A stretch of 56,533 nucleotides of DNA, taken from a virus (taxonomy: Duplodnaviria; Caudoviricetes). The stretch is taken from the IMG/VR virus record IMGVR_UViG_3300028792_000027, positions 1 through 56,533 of that record; one strand, written 5' to 3'. The translations under genes were made by a program, and so were the position numbers. Below, piece after piece: positions 36,855 through 45,343 of the stretch; the stretch's first letter is position 1, and each line of letters begins with the position of its first letter. The notes under the pieces are model-generated. The model did no database searches and was not told the origin of the DNA. It worked only from the letters and a program-made list of their open reading frames with translations.

Positions 36855-38413
36855 GCCTGCTCCTGCTGTTCAGCCAGGCGGGGGCGGTCACCCAGTCCGG
36901 GGCGGTCGGTTTGGGGGGTGCCGGTGTCCTGGTTGTGGGGCAGGCGCAGACCGAGCCGGGCGCGGTCGGCGTGGCCGGTTCGGGCGCCGTGGCCGTCGCG
37001 GGCCAGCAGACAGTGCTGGGGACTGTAGCGCTAACAGGTGCCGGCGTTGTCACTGTCGCGGTGCTGGTGACCGAGCCCGGCGTCGTGGCGTTGGCGGGGT
37101 CGGGCGGGACCGCCGTCACCGGCTCGGGCACTATCCCGGGCACGGTCGCGCTCACCGGCGCTGGCAGTGTCACGGTAGCGGGTACCGGTGCCACCACCGG
37201 GGCCGTGGCGCTCGCCGGGGCGGGGGCCCTCGCGACCACCGGCGCCGGAACAACCGCCGGGGCGGCGCCGCTCACCGGCGCTGGTGCCCTCACCGTTACG
37301 GGCGTCGCGGCCGAGCTGGGGACTGTAGCGCTGCAAGGTGCGGGCGCGGTCGCTGTAGCGCAGTCCCAGACCGTCCCCTCCACCGTGGCCCTCGCCGGGG
37401 CTGGGGCTGTCGCCGCGACAGGTTCAGGCGGCATCACAGGCGCGGTAGCCCTCGGCGGCACGGGTGCCCTCGGCGTCGCCGGCGCTGGCGCCATCAGCCC
37501 AACGGTGGTCGTGCCCGGCACTGCGGCCCTGGCCGTCGCGGCGACACAAACCACCCCCAGCGCTACCACCCTCACCGGTGCCAGCACGCTCACCGCGACC
37601 GGGACCGGCACCACAACCGGCCCGGTGGCCATCGCGGGGGCGGGCGCGGTCACAGTCACGCAGTCCCAAACAGGGCCGGGCACGGCCACTCTCGCAGGCG
37701 CGGGGACACTCACAACGACGGGCACAAGCACCGAACCCGCCGCCGCGCCACTCGCCGGCACGGGCGCTCTGAATGTCGTCACGGGGCAAGCCGCCGCCCT
37801 CACCCTCACCGGCATGGGGGCGGTCACCGTCACCGCCCAAGTCGGGGGCGCCGCAGTGCTGGACGGGTCGGGCACCGTCACAGTCCAGGCACTAACCCAA
37901 GCCGCTCTGGCACTGACCGGGTCGGGTAGCACCGTCGTCGCTGCAACCCAAACCACCCCCGCCACCGTCGCACTCAACGGCGCCAGCACGCTCACCGCCC
38001 AGCCGCCCGGCGCGCAAACCGCCACCGCACCGCTCACCGGTTCATCGACGTTCACCGCCGCGACGACCCTCACTCAGCCCGCCACCGTCCCCATGCCCGG
38101 CACGGGCAGCCTCACAACGACACCCGCCGTCATCGGCACGGCCAGCCTCGGCGGGGTGGGGACGCTCGACACGGCAGGCGGCGCCCTCCTCCAAACCGTC
38201 ATAGCTGTCACGGGCACGGCGGGGCTCACCATCACAGGATTGGGCGCGTTCACCGCCGCGATAGTCATCGCCGGCCGGGGCGACCTCCGAGCCGCCACCC
38301 TCGCCTTAGCGAGGCTCACCGTGTGGACCGGCCGGGCCGAGCACACCATCACCGTCGACCGTGGCGTCCTCGCCGGCCCGCTCAGGTTCGACCAAGTCTG
38401 GTCAGGTACCTGA
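36851..38413 (+). CDS. Ala/Gly/Thr/Val repeat fibre-like protein
   Basis: About 21-aa repeats of G[TA]VALxGAGxV/L. Confidence 0.65.
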   Translation: MSLLLLFSQAGAVTQSGAVGLGGAGVLVVGQAQTEPGAVGVAGSGAVAVAGQQTVLGTVALTGAGVVTVAVLVTEPGVVALAGSGGTAVTGSGTIPGTVALTGAGSVTVAGTGATTGAVALAGAGALATTGAGTTAGAAPLTGAGALTVTGVAAELGTVALQGAGAVAVAQSQTVPSTVALAGAGAVAATGSGGITGAVALGGTGALGVAGAGAISPTVVVPGTAALAVAATQTTPSATTLTGASTLTATGTGTTTGPVAIAGAGAVTVTQSQTGPGTATLAGAGTLTTTGTSTEPAAAPLAGTGALNVVTGQAAALTLTGMGAVTVTAQVGGAAVLDGSGTVTVQALTQAALALTGSGSTVVAATQTTPATVALNGASTLTAQPPGAQTATAPLTGSSTFTAATTLTQPATVPMPGTGSLTTTPAVIGTASLGGVGTLDTAGGALLQTVIAVTGTAGLTITGLGAFTAAIVIAGRGDLRAATLALARLTVWTGRAEHTITVDRGVLAGPLRFDQVWSGT

Positions 38414-38779
38414 CGACGACGAACACCACGCACCAGCCTGAACCGTCACCGACGGCGTCGTCCCCGTCAACGTCCAATTCAGCCGGTACATCGTCGCGTA
38501 AAGCGGGTCCACCAACACCCGGTACGTCCCGACAGCCGTCAGGCCGGTGCCTGTCGCGGCGGTCACCCAGTTACCGGAAAACTCGTCATACTCCTCAACG
38601 ATCGGGGTGAACGTCGCCCCCGCGCCCGATATCGCCGTCACCTGCACGTACACGGCGGCACGGTCATGATTACCGAGCGGCGATTCGATGGGGTACCCCG
38701 GCTGCACCGTCGTGAACGGCCCCGCTGCCGCTGTGGTCGTGAACGACTTCGCCAGGGTGAAGTACTCTTTCGTCGCCAT
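38402..38779 (-). CDS. Beta-sandwich structural protein
   Basis: VYVQVTAISG..TFT..YRLNWTLTGTTPS. Confidence 0.6.
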   Translation of the reverse strand: MATKEYFTLAKSFTTTAAAGPFTTVQPGYPIESPLGNHDRAAVYVQVTAISGAGATFTPIVEEYDEFSGNWVTAATGTGLTAVGTYRVLVDPLYATMYRLNWTLTGTTPSVTVQAGAWCSSSSGT

Positions 38780-39591
38780 TATTCGGCCGTCCCCGTCACC
38801 GAAGCCACGTTGATGTACCTCCGCGCGGGCGACCCGGACGTGGCGCCGTACTCCACGGAGAAGTGCATCACCGACTGCGACGTCGCGGCGGACGTGAAAA
38901 TGTCCAGCCCGGTCAGGTCGACGAACTGGTCAGCGACCTGCGCGTAGACGTACTTCTTCGTGTTCAGGTTGACGGCGAGTTTCACGAACCACCACAGGCC
39001 CGTCTTGTCCACGAAGTTCCCGCTGGGCTTGTAGGAGTGCTCATCCGTCCCCTGGTTCAGGATGGTGCCCCTGGTGGTCCACGTGGTCCCGTCCGTCCCA
39101 AGCGTCTTCGCGAGCAGCGTCTTCGGCGCGCCCGCGTTGTACGTGCCCGCACTGTTGTCGCCGGACGTGTCGAGCCACAACCTGCCGTAATAAGCGTTCG
39201 CGGAATCCCGGTTGTACACCGAGATTGTCGTGTACGAGTTGATCGCCGACGACGAGGACGTGAACCTCAGCCACAGCGAAACGGCGAACACACCCGAGAA
39301 CTGGTCAATGATCCGGCGTTTACAGATCACGTAATTGGACGGGCCCATCGTCGCCGGGCCCGACCCGGCCGTCGCTGTGGTTCCTTGCGGATCCAAGCGC
39401 ATCGTCGGCCGCCCGGCGAACGTCACGTTAGTGTCCCGGTACGCGCAGCCGATCCCGTCATTCCACATCCCCAGGACGGGGTGGACGAAGTCCTCCTGGA
39501 ACAGCACCCGCCCCCGGCTCGTGCGGTCCGCCGCCGTCCGGGGCAGGAACAGGCCAGCGTTCGGGTTGATCGGGGCGTCAAGAATACCCAT
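38779..39591 (-). CDS. Lectin/concanavalin-like hypothetical protein
   Basis: TGATG start MGILDAP; beta-rich sequence. Confidence 0.55.
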   Translation of the reverse strand: MGILDAPINPNAGLFLPRTAADRTSRGRVLFQEDFVHPVLGMWNDGIGCAYRDTNVTFAGRPTMRLDPQGTTATAGSGPATMGPSNYVICKRRIIDQFSGVFAVSLWLRFTSSSSAINSYTTISVYNRDSANAYYGRLWLDTSGDNSAGTYNAGAPKTLLAKTLGTDGTTWTTRGTILNQGTDEHSYKPSGNFVDKTGLWWFVKLAVNLNTKKYVYAQVADQFVDLTGLDIFTSAATSQSVMHFSVEYGATSGSPARRYINVASVTGTAE

Positions 39592-40028
39592 CAAGTCACC
39601 ACTATCTGCGGGGCTGCCGTGACCGCGCCCGTCGCGTCGCGGGTCACCGCCGGTTGGGTGTATGTCGCCGACCCGTGGGTGACGTGGTACGCGTCGACCG
39701 CCCCCGGAAACAGCGTTGACAGGGTGTCGGCGGTGTAGGTTCCGGTCACACCATCCGGCCACGTCACCGGCGCCGAAGTAACCGCGCCCGCGCTATTCCG
39801 GGTGACGGTGCCGGTGATCAGCACGTCCGGTGTCCTCGCGAGGGCGGTGTAGTTGACGGGGTCGGTGGAGCGGAGCTGCGCGGGCAGCCCGAGCCACGAC
39901 GTCGTCCCGTCACCGAACTTCACCTTCCCGGTGTCGGTCTCCTCCCCCGGCTCACCAGCGGCCAGGACAGGGTTCGCCGTCGACCACTGGACGGCGGTAC
40001 CCCGCCGCACCCGGATCGTGGCGGTCAC
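39591..40028 (-). CDS. Mtd_N-domain protein
   Basis: IRVRRGTAVQWSTANPVLAAGEPGEETDTGKVKFGDG; paralog of 1724..1939. Confidence 0.75.
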   Translation of the reverse strand: MTATIRVRRGTAVQWSTANPVLAAGEPGEETDTGKVKFGDGTTSWLGLPAQLRSTDPVNYTALARTPDVLITGTVTRNSAGAVTSAPVTWPDGVTGTYTADTLSTLFPGAVDAYHVTHGSATYTQPAVTRDATGAVTAAPQIVVT

Positions 40029-40282
40029 GGCCCGCCTCCGTCGACGAGGGTCAACGGGCCGCCCACGGTCACCGCGACATCACCGCTGCCGTCGGGCCGG
40101 GCGCCGTTCACGGTGAGGACCGGGCCCGCGTACGGGCCGGGCGTGTACCCCCCCGAATAGACATGCGCCTCCCCGTTCACGATCAGGGCGTCCGTTTGCG
40201 CGGTCTGGGTGAGGGTGAGGACCGTCCCGGCGTCGCCGTACCCGACGATCGACTTGTCCATCTGGATCGTCACCACAGCCAC
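40025..40282 (-). CDS. Protein consisting mainly of the shared N-terminal domain plus linker
   Basis: MAVVTIQMDKSIVGYGDAG..TDALIVNGEAH. Confidence 0.75.
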   Translation of the reverse strand: MAVVTIQMDKSIVGYGDAGTVLTLTQTAQTDALIVNGEAHVYSGGYTPGPYAGPVLTVNGARPDGSGDVAVTVGGPLTLVDGGGP

Positions 40283-40289
40283 GGCGTTG

Positions 40290-40310
40290 AGTGTCCGCGC
40301 GGGCGTCCGG
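40290..40310 (-). promoter_or_regulatory. CCGGACG-box promoter (leaderless)
   Basis: CCGGACG-N8-GACACT-N7-GTG(40282). Confidence 0.85.
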
Positions 40311-40312
40311 GG

Positions 40313-40522
40313 CTAGTTGCCGTACAGGAACATCCAATGCTCAGCGGCCTGGCACAGGCGCAGCAGGACGGGCCGTTCCGTCAGGTATGTCGGGTCGGCG
40401 GGGTCCCACGCGTACAGCCGCTCCCGCGCGGTGACGAGCGCCAGGCCGAGCGGCATCTCCCGGTACACCCCCAACGCGTCCTCCGCGATGGGGAACGCCG
40501 GGGGCAGCGGCACATTATCCAT
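40313..40522 (-). CDS. Hypothetical protein
   Basis: TGATG coupling. Confidence 0.55.
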   Translation of the reverse strand: MDNVPLPPAFPIAEDALGVYREMPLGLALVTARERLYAWDPADPTYLTERPVLLRLCQAAEHWMFLYGN

Positions 40523-40956
40523 CAGAGGATCCTCCAGTTCGCGCCGTCGCTGATGACCCGTAGGGTGGCGTTGTTCGCGAGCGACGCGGGTACGGCCCCG
40601 TCGATGGTTTGCGCGGCTGTGACGGCTGGGGTGACCGCGCCGCCGGACGTGTTCTTCAGCGTGTACTGGGACGTGTTCCCGACCGCCGTGGGCAGGGTGG
40701 GGACACCGCCCGCGCCGATGAGCACCACGTAGTCGATCCCCGCCACCCCGGCCAACGTTGTGGCCGTGGTGATCGACAGTATCGACCGGGAGATCGGCAA
40801 AGTAACCACGGTCGGCGTCACGGGGCCCGAGTAGGTGTGCGCCTCCCCGTTGGCGATCATCGCGTCGGTCTGCGCCGTCTGGGTCACGGTGATCACGTCA
40901 CCCGCCGAGCCGTACCCGGTGATGCTGCGGTCCATCTGGATAGTGACTAGAGCCAT
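40522..40956 (-). CDS. Protein with shared N-terminal domain and small fibre-tip-like domain
   Basis: MALVTIQMDRSITGYGSAGDV..; TLPTAVGN..YTLKN..TIDG..SDGANW. Confidence 0.75.
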   Translation of the reverse strand: MALVTIQMDRSITGYGSAGDVITVTQTAQTDAMIANGEAHTYSGPVTPTVVTLPISRSILSITTATTLAGVAGIDYVVLIGAGGVPTLPTAVGNTSQYTLKNTSGGAVTPAVTAAQTIDGAVPASLANNATLRVISDGANWRIL

Positions 40957-40962
40957 GCCCGG

Positions 40963-40990
40963 AGTGTCCCCGGACGCGTCCGGGCAGCAT
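40963..40990. promoter_or_regulatory. Overlapping divergent CCGGACG promoters forming a 16-bp palindrome
   Basis: CCCGGACGCGTCCGGG 40969-40984; minus GACACT-N6-ATG(40956); plus CAGCAT-N7-ATG(40998). Confidence 0.85.
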
Positions 40991-40997
40991 CCCGGTT

Positions 40998-41552
40998 ATG
41001 CCGAGAGCCGTGAAAACCGGGCGCCACCTCGAATACCAGCGGGTCATGGACGTCACCCCCGCCGTCCGCAACCCCAAAGACCACAACCTCCCCCTCATCC
41101 GGGGCCTGATTGAACAGTTCGGGTTCACCCAACCCCTGCTGGTTGATGAGCGGACCGGGCGGCTCGTGGCGGGGCACGGCAGGCTGCTCGTCCTCGACGC
41201 GATGGAGAAAGAGCAGGCCGCGCCGCCGGACGGTATCCGCGCCGACGAATCCGGGATATGGCTCGTCCCCGTCACCCGTGGATGGTCATCCCGGTCAGAC
41301 AGGGAAGCGGAAGCGTACCTGTTGGCGGACAACCGGTCGTCGGAGGTCGGCGGTTGGGTGCCACCCGAACTGTCTATGATCCTCGCGGAGCAGGATGAGG
41401 AGTTGCGGCGCCTCATCGGGTGGTCAGACGCGGACACGGAACGGCTAGTCGCGTCACTGGCTCCACCCGCCGCGCCGGAAGGGTTCCCCGAGTTCGACGA
41501 CATGATCGAAACGAAGCATGAGTGCCCAAAATGCGGGTACGCATGGAGCTAG
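40998..41552 (+). CDS. ParB-like N-terminal domain protein with C-terminal Zn ribbon
   Basis: RNPKDH..IEQFGFTQPLLVD..LVAGHGRL..ADNR; CPKCG. Confidence 0.85.
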   Translation: MPRAVKTGRHLEYQRVMDVTPAVRNPKDHNLPLIRGLIEQFGFTQPLLVDERTGRLVAGHGRLLVLDAMEKEQAAPPDGIRADESGIWLVPVTRGWSSRSDREAEAYLLADNRSSEVGGWVPPELSMILAEQDEELRRLIGWSDADTERLVASLAPPAAPEGFPEFDDMIETKHECPKCGYAWS

Positions 41553-42955
41553 ACCCCCGCGATCCCGAGACGGGAGTCCCCATTTCGTTACAGAATTACG
41601 CGATAGGCAGGGAGTGGCACACGCTACAGCCCGGCACCAACTCGCCTACCCGCTTCAACCGTGCACGTGCTCACTTTGACAGGCCCTGCCCGACCGTCAC
41701 GGCAGCGGGTGGCAGTAGGGGCCCTGGCGCGGTCATGCCACCGCACGAATGCCGTCAGTGGACCCTCGTCGAGTTGCGTGCCCTGTGCGGATTCCCGCCC
41801 GACTACGTCCTGACCGGAACATACGCCGACCGGTGGACACGGCTAGGCAACGCCGTACCACCACCCATGATCCAAGCCGTCGCGACCACCCTACGCGACC
41901 GGATCCTCCAACCGAAAGACACACCCATGCCGCCCGCCACGAAACCCCCCTACAGGGTGCCGCTCGTATCCGAAACAGCGGCAGCACCACGCAACGGCCT
42001 CAACGTCGCATCCACATTCGCCGGCGGCGGCGGATCCTCCTACGGCTACGAACTCGCCGGATACACCGTCCTATGGGCCAACGAAGTCGTCCCAGCCGCG
42101 CGGGACACCTACCGGGCGAACCACCCCAACACTATCCTCGACGGCCGCGACATCCGGGAAGTGCAAGCCGCCGACATCCTCACCGCCACCGGCCTCGGCG
42201 TGGGCGACCTTGACCTGTTCGACGGCAGTCCCCCGTGCCAATCGTTCTCGACAGCGGGGAAACGGGAGAAAGGGTGGGGGAAGGTCGCGGCGCACGCGGA
42301 CGGCACCACCCAAGCGTCGGATGACCTGTTCTTCGAGTACACCCGGCTCCTGGCGGGGTTGCGGCCGCGCGTGTTCGTGGCGGAGAACGTGTCCGGTCTG
42401 GTGAAGGGCAAAGCGAAAGGCTACTTCAAGCTGATCCTCGCGGCGTTGCAGGGCTGCGGTTACCGGGTGTCCGCCCGACTGTTGGATGCGCAGTGGTTGG
42501 GGGTTCCGCAAGCGCGGCAGCGGATCATTTTCGTGGGTGTCCGGGATGATTTGGGTATGGGTCCGGTGCATCCGTCACCGTTGCCGTACCGGTACACGGT
42601 AAGGGACGCCATCGGGGGCGCGGGGGCTTCGATGACTATGGGCGCCCACGGGTTCTTCCCAGGCCGTGTGGTTCAGTTCGATACCGAGCCAGCTCCGGCT
42701 GTCGCAGCGTCAGGCTTCGGCTCCTACCGGTACACCATTCACCGTGGCAGCGCCGTCGCGACCCTCGCAATCACCGAGCTTCGCCGTCTGTGCGGCTTCC
42801 CGGACGATTACACCCTGACCGGCGGGTACGGCGACCAGTGGGCGCGGCTCGGGAACTCCGTACCCCCACCCATGATGCAACACGTAGCGGCGACAATCCG
42901 TGACCGCATCCTCCAACCATCATCCCGGACGTTGAGCGGCACACTCAGCCCGTGA
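41543..42955 (+). CDS. DNA cytosine-5 methyltransferase with duplicated motif IX/X segment at the N-terminus
   Basis: STFAGGGG, GSPPCQSFS, AENV, PQARQRI, LGNSVPP; start may be 41522, 41543 or 41927. Confidence 0.88.
   Translation: MELDPRDPETGVPISLQNYAIGREWHTLQPGTNSPTRFNRARAHFDRPCPTVTAAGGSRGPGAVMPPHECRQWTLVELRALCGFPPDYVLTGTYADRWTRLGNAVPPPMIQAVATTLRDRILQPKDTPMPPATKPPYRVPLVSETAAAPRNGLNVASTFAGGGGSSYGYELAGYTVLWANEVVPAARDTYRANHPNTILDGRDIREVQAADILTATGLGVGDLDLFDGSPPCQSFSTAGKREKGWGKVAAHADGTTQASDDLFFEYTRLLAGLRPRVFVAENVSGLVKGKAKGYFKLILAALQGCGYRVSARLLDAQWLGVPQARQRIIFVGVRDDLGMGPVHPSPLPYRYTVRDAIGGAGASMTMGAHGFFPGRVVQFDTEPAPAVAASGFGSYRYTIHRGSAVATLAITELRRLCGFPDDYTLTGGYGDQWARLGNSVPPPMMQHVAATIRDRILQPSSRTLSGTLSP
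42925..42945 (+). promoter_or_regulatory. CCGGACG-box promoter (leaderless)
   Basis: CCGGACG-N8-CACACT-N6-GTG(42952). Confidence 0.8.
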
Positions 42956-43470
42956 CCGCTCCAAGCGACATCGGCAACTTCTTGGCCGAGACGCTCCTCA
43001 CGACGGTCCAGGCACAGTTCACCACCAACAGTCTGCCGATGCCCGCCACCTGCATGTACATCGCCGGAGTGTCAACTTCGGTGGATGATTGTTGTGAGGG
43101 GCTGCTGTGGACGAGGGTCGACACCGTCTACCCCACCGACGGGTCAGGTAATCCGTACACGCAGGCACGGCCGGACTGGGACATCCCCGCCTGGGTCCAT
43201 CCCGTCCAATGCGGCATTTTGAACTGCCATTTGGTGATTGATTCCGAGGGCAACCCGATACCGCCCGACCTCGAAACGCAGTACGCCGTCCGCGACGGCC
43301 AATACCGCGCCGCGATCCTCCAAGCGATTACCGTCCACTACCCGCCACTCGTCGGGCCGTGCGCTTTGGGGTACAGGATCTCCCCGTGGACACCCATCGG
43401 ACCCGAAGGCGGCTGCTCCGGCGGCCTCATCACCGTCAACGTCATCACCACCGCACTACTCACCGTCTAG
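42952..43470 (+). CDS. Tail terminator-like protein
   Basis: DDCCEGLLWTRV..YP, WTPIGPEGGCSG; cluster B-type neck gene. Confidence 0.65.
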   Translation: MTAPSDIGNFLAETLLTTVQAQFTTNSLPMPATCMYIAGVSTSVDDCCEGLLWTRVDTVYPTDGSGNPYTQARPDWDIPAWVHPVQCGILNCHLVIDSEGNPIPPDLETQYAVRDGQYRAAILQAITVHYPPLVGPCALGYRISPWTPIGPEGGCSGGLITVNVITTALLTV

Positions 43471-43478
43471 GAGCAGTC

Positions 43479-43721
43479 ATGGCCAAGGGTTTCTACGAAC
43501 TGCACAGGTCCCTCACCGGGATCGGGGAGGCGGGGCAGGTGGTCGAGCTCGACATCGACGACGCGACGAAAGGCATGGAAGCGAACGAACTGATAACCCG
43601 CGTCCCGAAAACGGCTTTGAAGGACCCAAGCCAGTACGCGCCCGTCCCTGAAGACTCGGCGGAGGAAACCGACCCGCCGCACGTCGCCGACGTTGTGTCA
43701 CCCGCCCAAGAAACCACCTGA
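43479..43721 (+). CDS. Small protein with a divergent copy of the shared N-terminal domain
   Basis: AGGAG RBS; YELHRSLTGIGEAGQVVEL..EANELI. Confidence 0.6.
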   Translation: MAKGFYELHRSLTGIGEAGQVVELDIDDATKGMEANELITRVPKTALKDPSQYAPVPEDSAEETDPPHVADVVSPAQETT

Positions 43722-44179
43722 TGCCCTACACCACCACCGTCTACCGCGACCGCCTCCACGCCCTCGCGCAGCCCGGCGGCAGCGTCTACGTCCACATGCT
43801 CCGAACCATGATGCGCATCGACGCCCGTGCCAAGTACTACCTGGAGGGGGTGATGGTCAACAAGCGGACCGGGAACCTCCTCACCAGCCAGTCGCCGCCG
43901 ACGATTGTCACGACCCCCACCCAAATCGTCGGCACCCTCGTCAACACCGCCCGCTACGCCCTGTACGTGCACGAGGGCACGAAGGAGCACGAAATCGTCC
44001 CGGTACGCGCCCGCTACCTCCGCTTCGTTCCCACCACCGCGAACTACGCCGCCGGCACGGGCGGGGGCAGGACCGCAACCGGGGGCCCCATCTTCCGCCC
44101 GAGAGTCCACCACCCCGGCACCGCCGCCAGACCGTTCCTCCGCCGCGCAATGGAAGACGTCCTCACCACCCACCTTTAG
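43721..44179 (+). CDS. Neck/tail-completion protein (HK97 gp10-like)
   Basis: RTGNL, YALYVHEGT, HHPGTAARPFLRRAM. Confidence 0.75.
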   Translation: MPYTTTVYRDRLHALAQPGGSVYVHMLRTMMRIDARAKYYLEGVMVNKRTGNLLTSQSPPTIVTTPTQIVGTLVNTARYALYVHEGTKEHEIVPVRARYLRFVPTTANYAAGTGGGRTATGGPIFRPRVHHPGTAARPFLRRAMEDVLTTHL

Positions 44180-44191
44180 GAAGCCCAAGCC

Positions 44192-44680
44192 GTGACCGCA
44201 ATCAAAAACCGCTCCAAGAAGGTCGACGACACACCCGAATTCACCACCGGCAAACGCACCAAACCCGCCGGGAAAGACCGCGTCCAATTCAGGCTCATCG
44301 GCCCCGAAGGTGAACGGGACCCCAACGACGTGTACGTCATCCGCCGACCGAAAATGACCGTCGCCCTCCCCATGCTCGCGTTGAGTGAGGGGGAGACGAT
44401 GAACACGTTGGACGAGATGGGCGTTTCGTTCGTCAAGTTGATGGCGCAGTTGATCGCGTACGTGGAGGACGAGAAACCCACCCCCGACGGGCAACTCAGG
44501 GGCCGCGCGAGACTCCTCCACCGACTGTACGACCCCGACGACACCCTCGACCTCGACGACCTCTCCGACCCGTTCCAACACCTCATGGCCGTGATGTTCG
44601 AACGCCCTACTGGGTCGCCGCCCGAATCGCCATCGAATCCGGGCGGCACCTCCCCAGAATCCGGGGACAGTTTGCCCTGA
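44192..44680 (+). CDS. Tail assembly chaperone
   Basis: Position before tape measure; RLYDPDDTLDLDDL..ERPT. Confidence 0.7.
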   Translation: MTAIKNRSKKVDDTPEFTTGKRTKPAGKDRVQFRLIGPEGERDPNDVYVIRRPKMTVALPMLALSEGETMNTLDEMGVSFVKLMAQLIAYVEDEKPTPDGQLRGRARLLHRLYDPDDTLDLDDLSDPFQHLMAVMFERPTGSPPESPSNPGGTSPESGDSLP

Positions 44681-45015
44681 ACACCGGCAAGGACCTGTAC
44701 GACATGCCCGGCGGGCTCCTCCTCGACGCCTGCTACGACTGGATACTCACCCGCGCGGAGCAGGCCGACGAGACGCGGGTGCGGGAGGTGGAGCGGTGGC
44801 TCCGCCGGCTCAACACACCCCCGACGATGCCGATGGACGACAAGGCACGCATGTTCGACGCGGCAGCGGCAGCGTTCACCACCTTCGTTACTGAAACAGC
44901 CCGGCGGCTCAAGGCCGGGGTCACATTTACACCCGATGATGAGGACGCCCCTCCAGGGTGGTCCAACGCCGAACTGATAGCGCTGCTGCAAGCATCCGAA
45001 GCGGCCGACCGTTAA
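44605..45015 (+). CDS. Tail assembly chaperone -1 frameshift extension
   Basis: -1 frame open from CCC TAC (44605) through the 44704..45015 ORF. Confidence 0.55.
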   Translation, partial: PYWVAARIAIESGRHLPRIRGQFALNTGKDLYDMPGGLLLDACYDWILTRAEQADETRVREVERWLRRLNTPPTMPMDDKARMFDAAAAAFTTFVTETARRLKAGVTFTPDDEDAPPGWSNAELIALLQASEAADR

Positions 45016-45082
45016 CCCCATGTGAGCAGCAACACGTTCCCGCTAGTACCCCAAGCGACACGCCCGCGCGTATAGTTCAGGC

Positions 45083-45277
45083 ATGGCGCGCAAAGCTCAC
45101 GAGGACTACCTACGCCGCATCGCGCAACGACGCGGCTGGACCCTCACCAAATCCCGAATCCGTGACCCACACGCCATCGGGTACGGCCTATGGCAACTCA
45201 CCACACCCGACACCACCCACCACAACCTCACCCTCACCGACGTGGACCGGCTACTCGGCCGCGACTCGTGGACCTAA
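45083..45277 (+). CDS. Small hypothetical protein (moron-like)
   Basis: TATAGT-N6-ATG leaderless; LRRIAQRRGWTLTKSRIRDP. Confidence 0.65.
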   Translation: MARKAHEDYLRRIAQRRGWTLTKSRIRDPHAIGYGLWQLTTPDTTHHNLTLTDVDRLLGRDSWT

Positions 45278-45343
45278 CAACCCCCGAAGAAGGGGCCGGG
45301 GCAACCGCACACCAAACTAGAAACGACCGAAAGGGACAACCCA

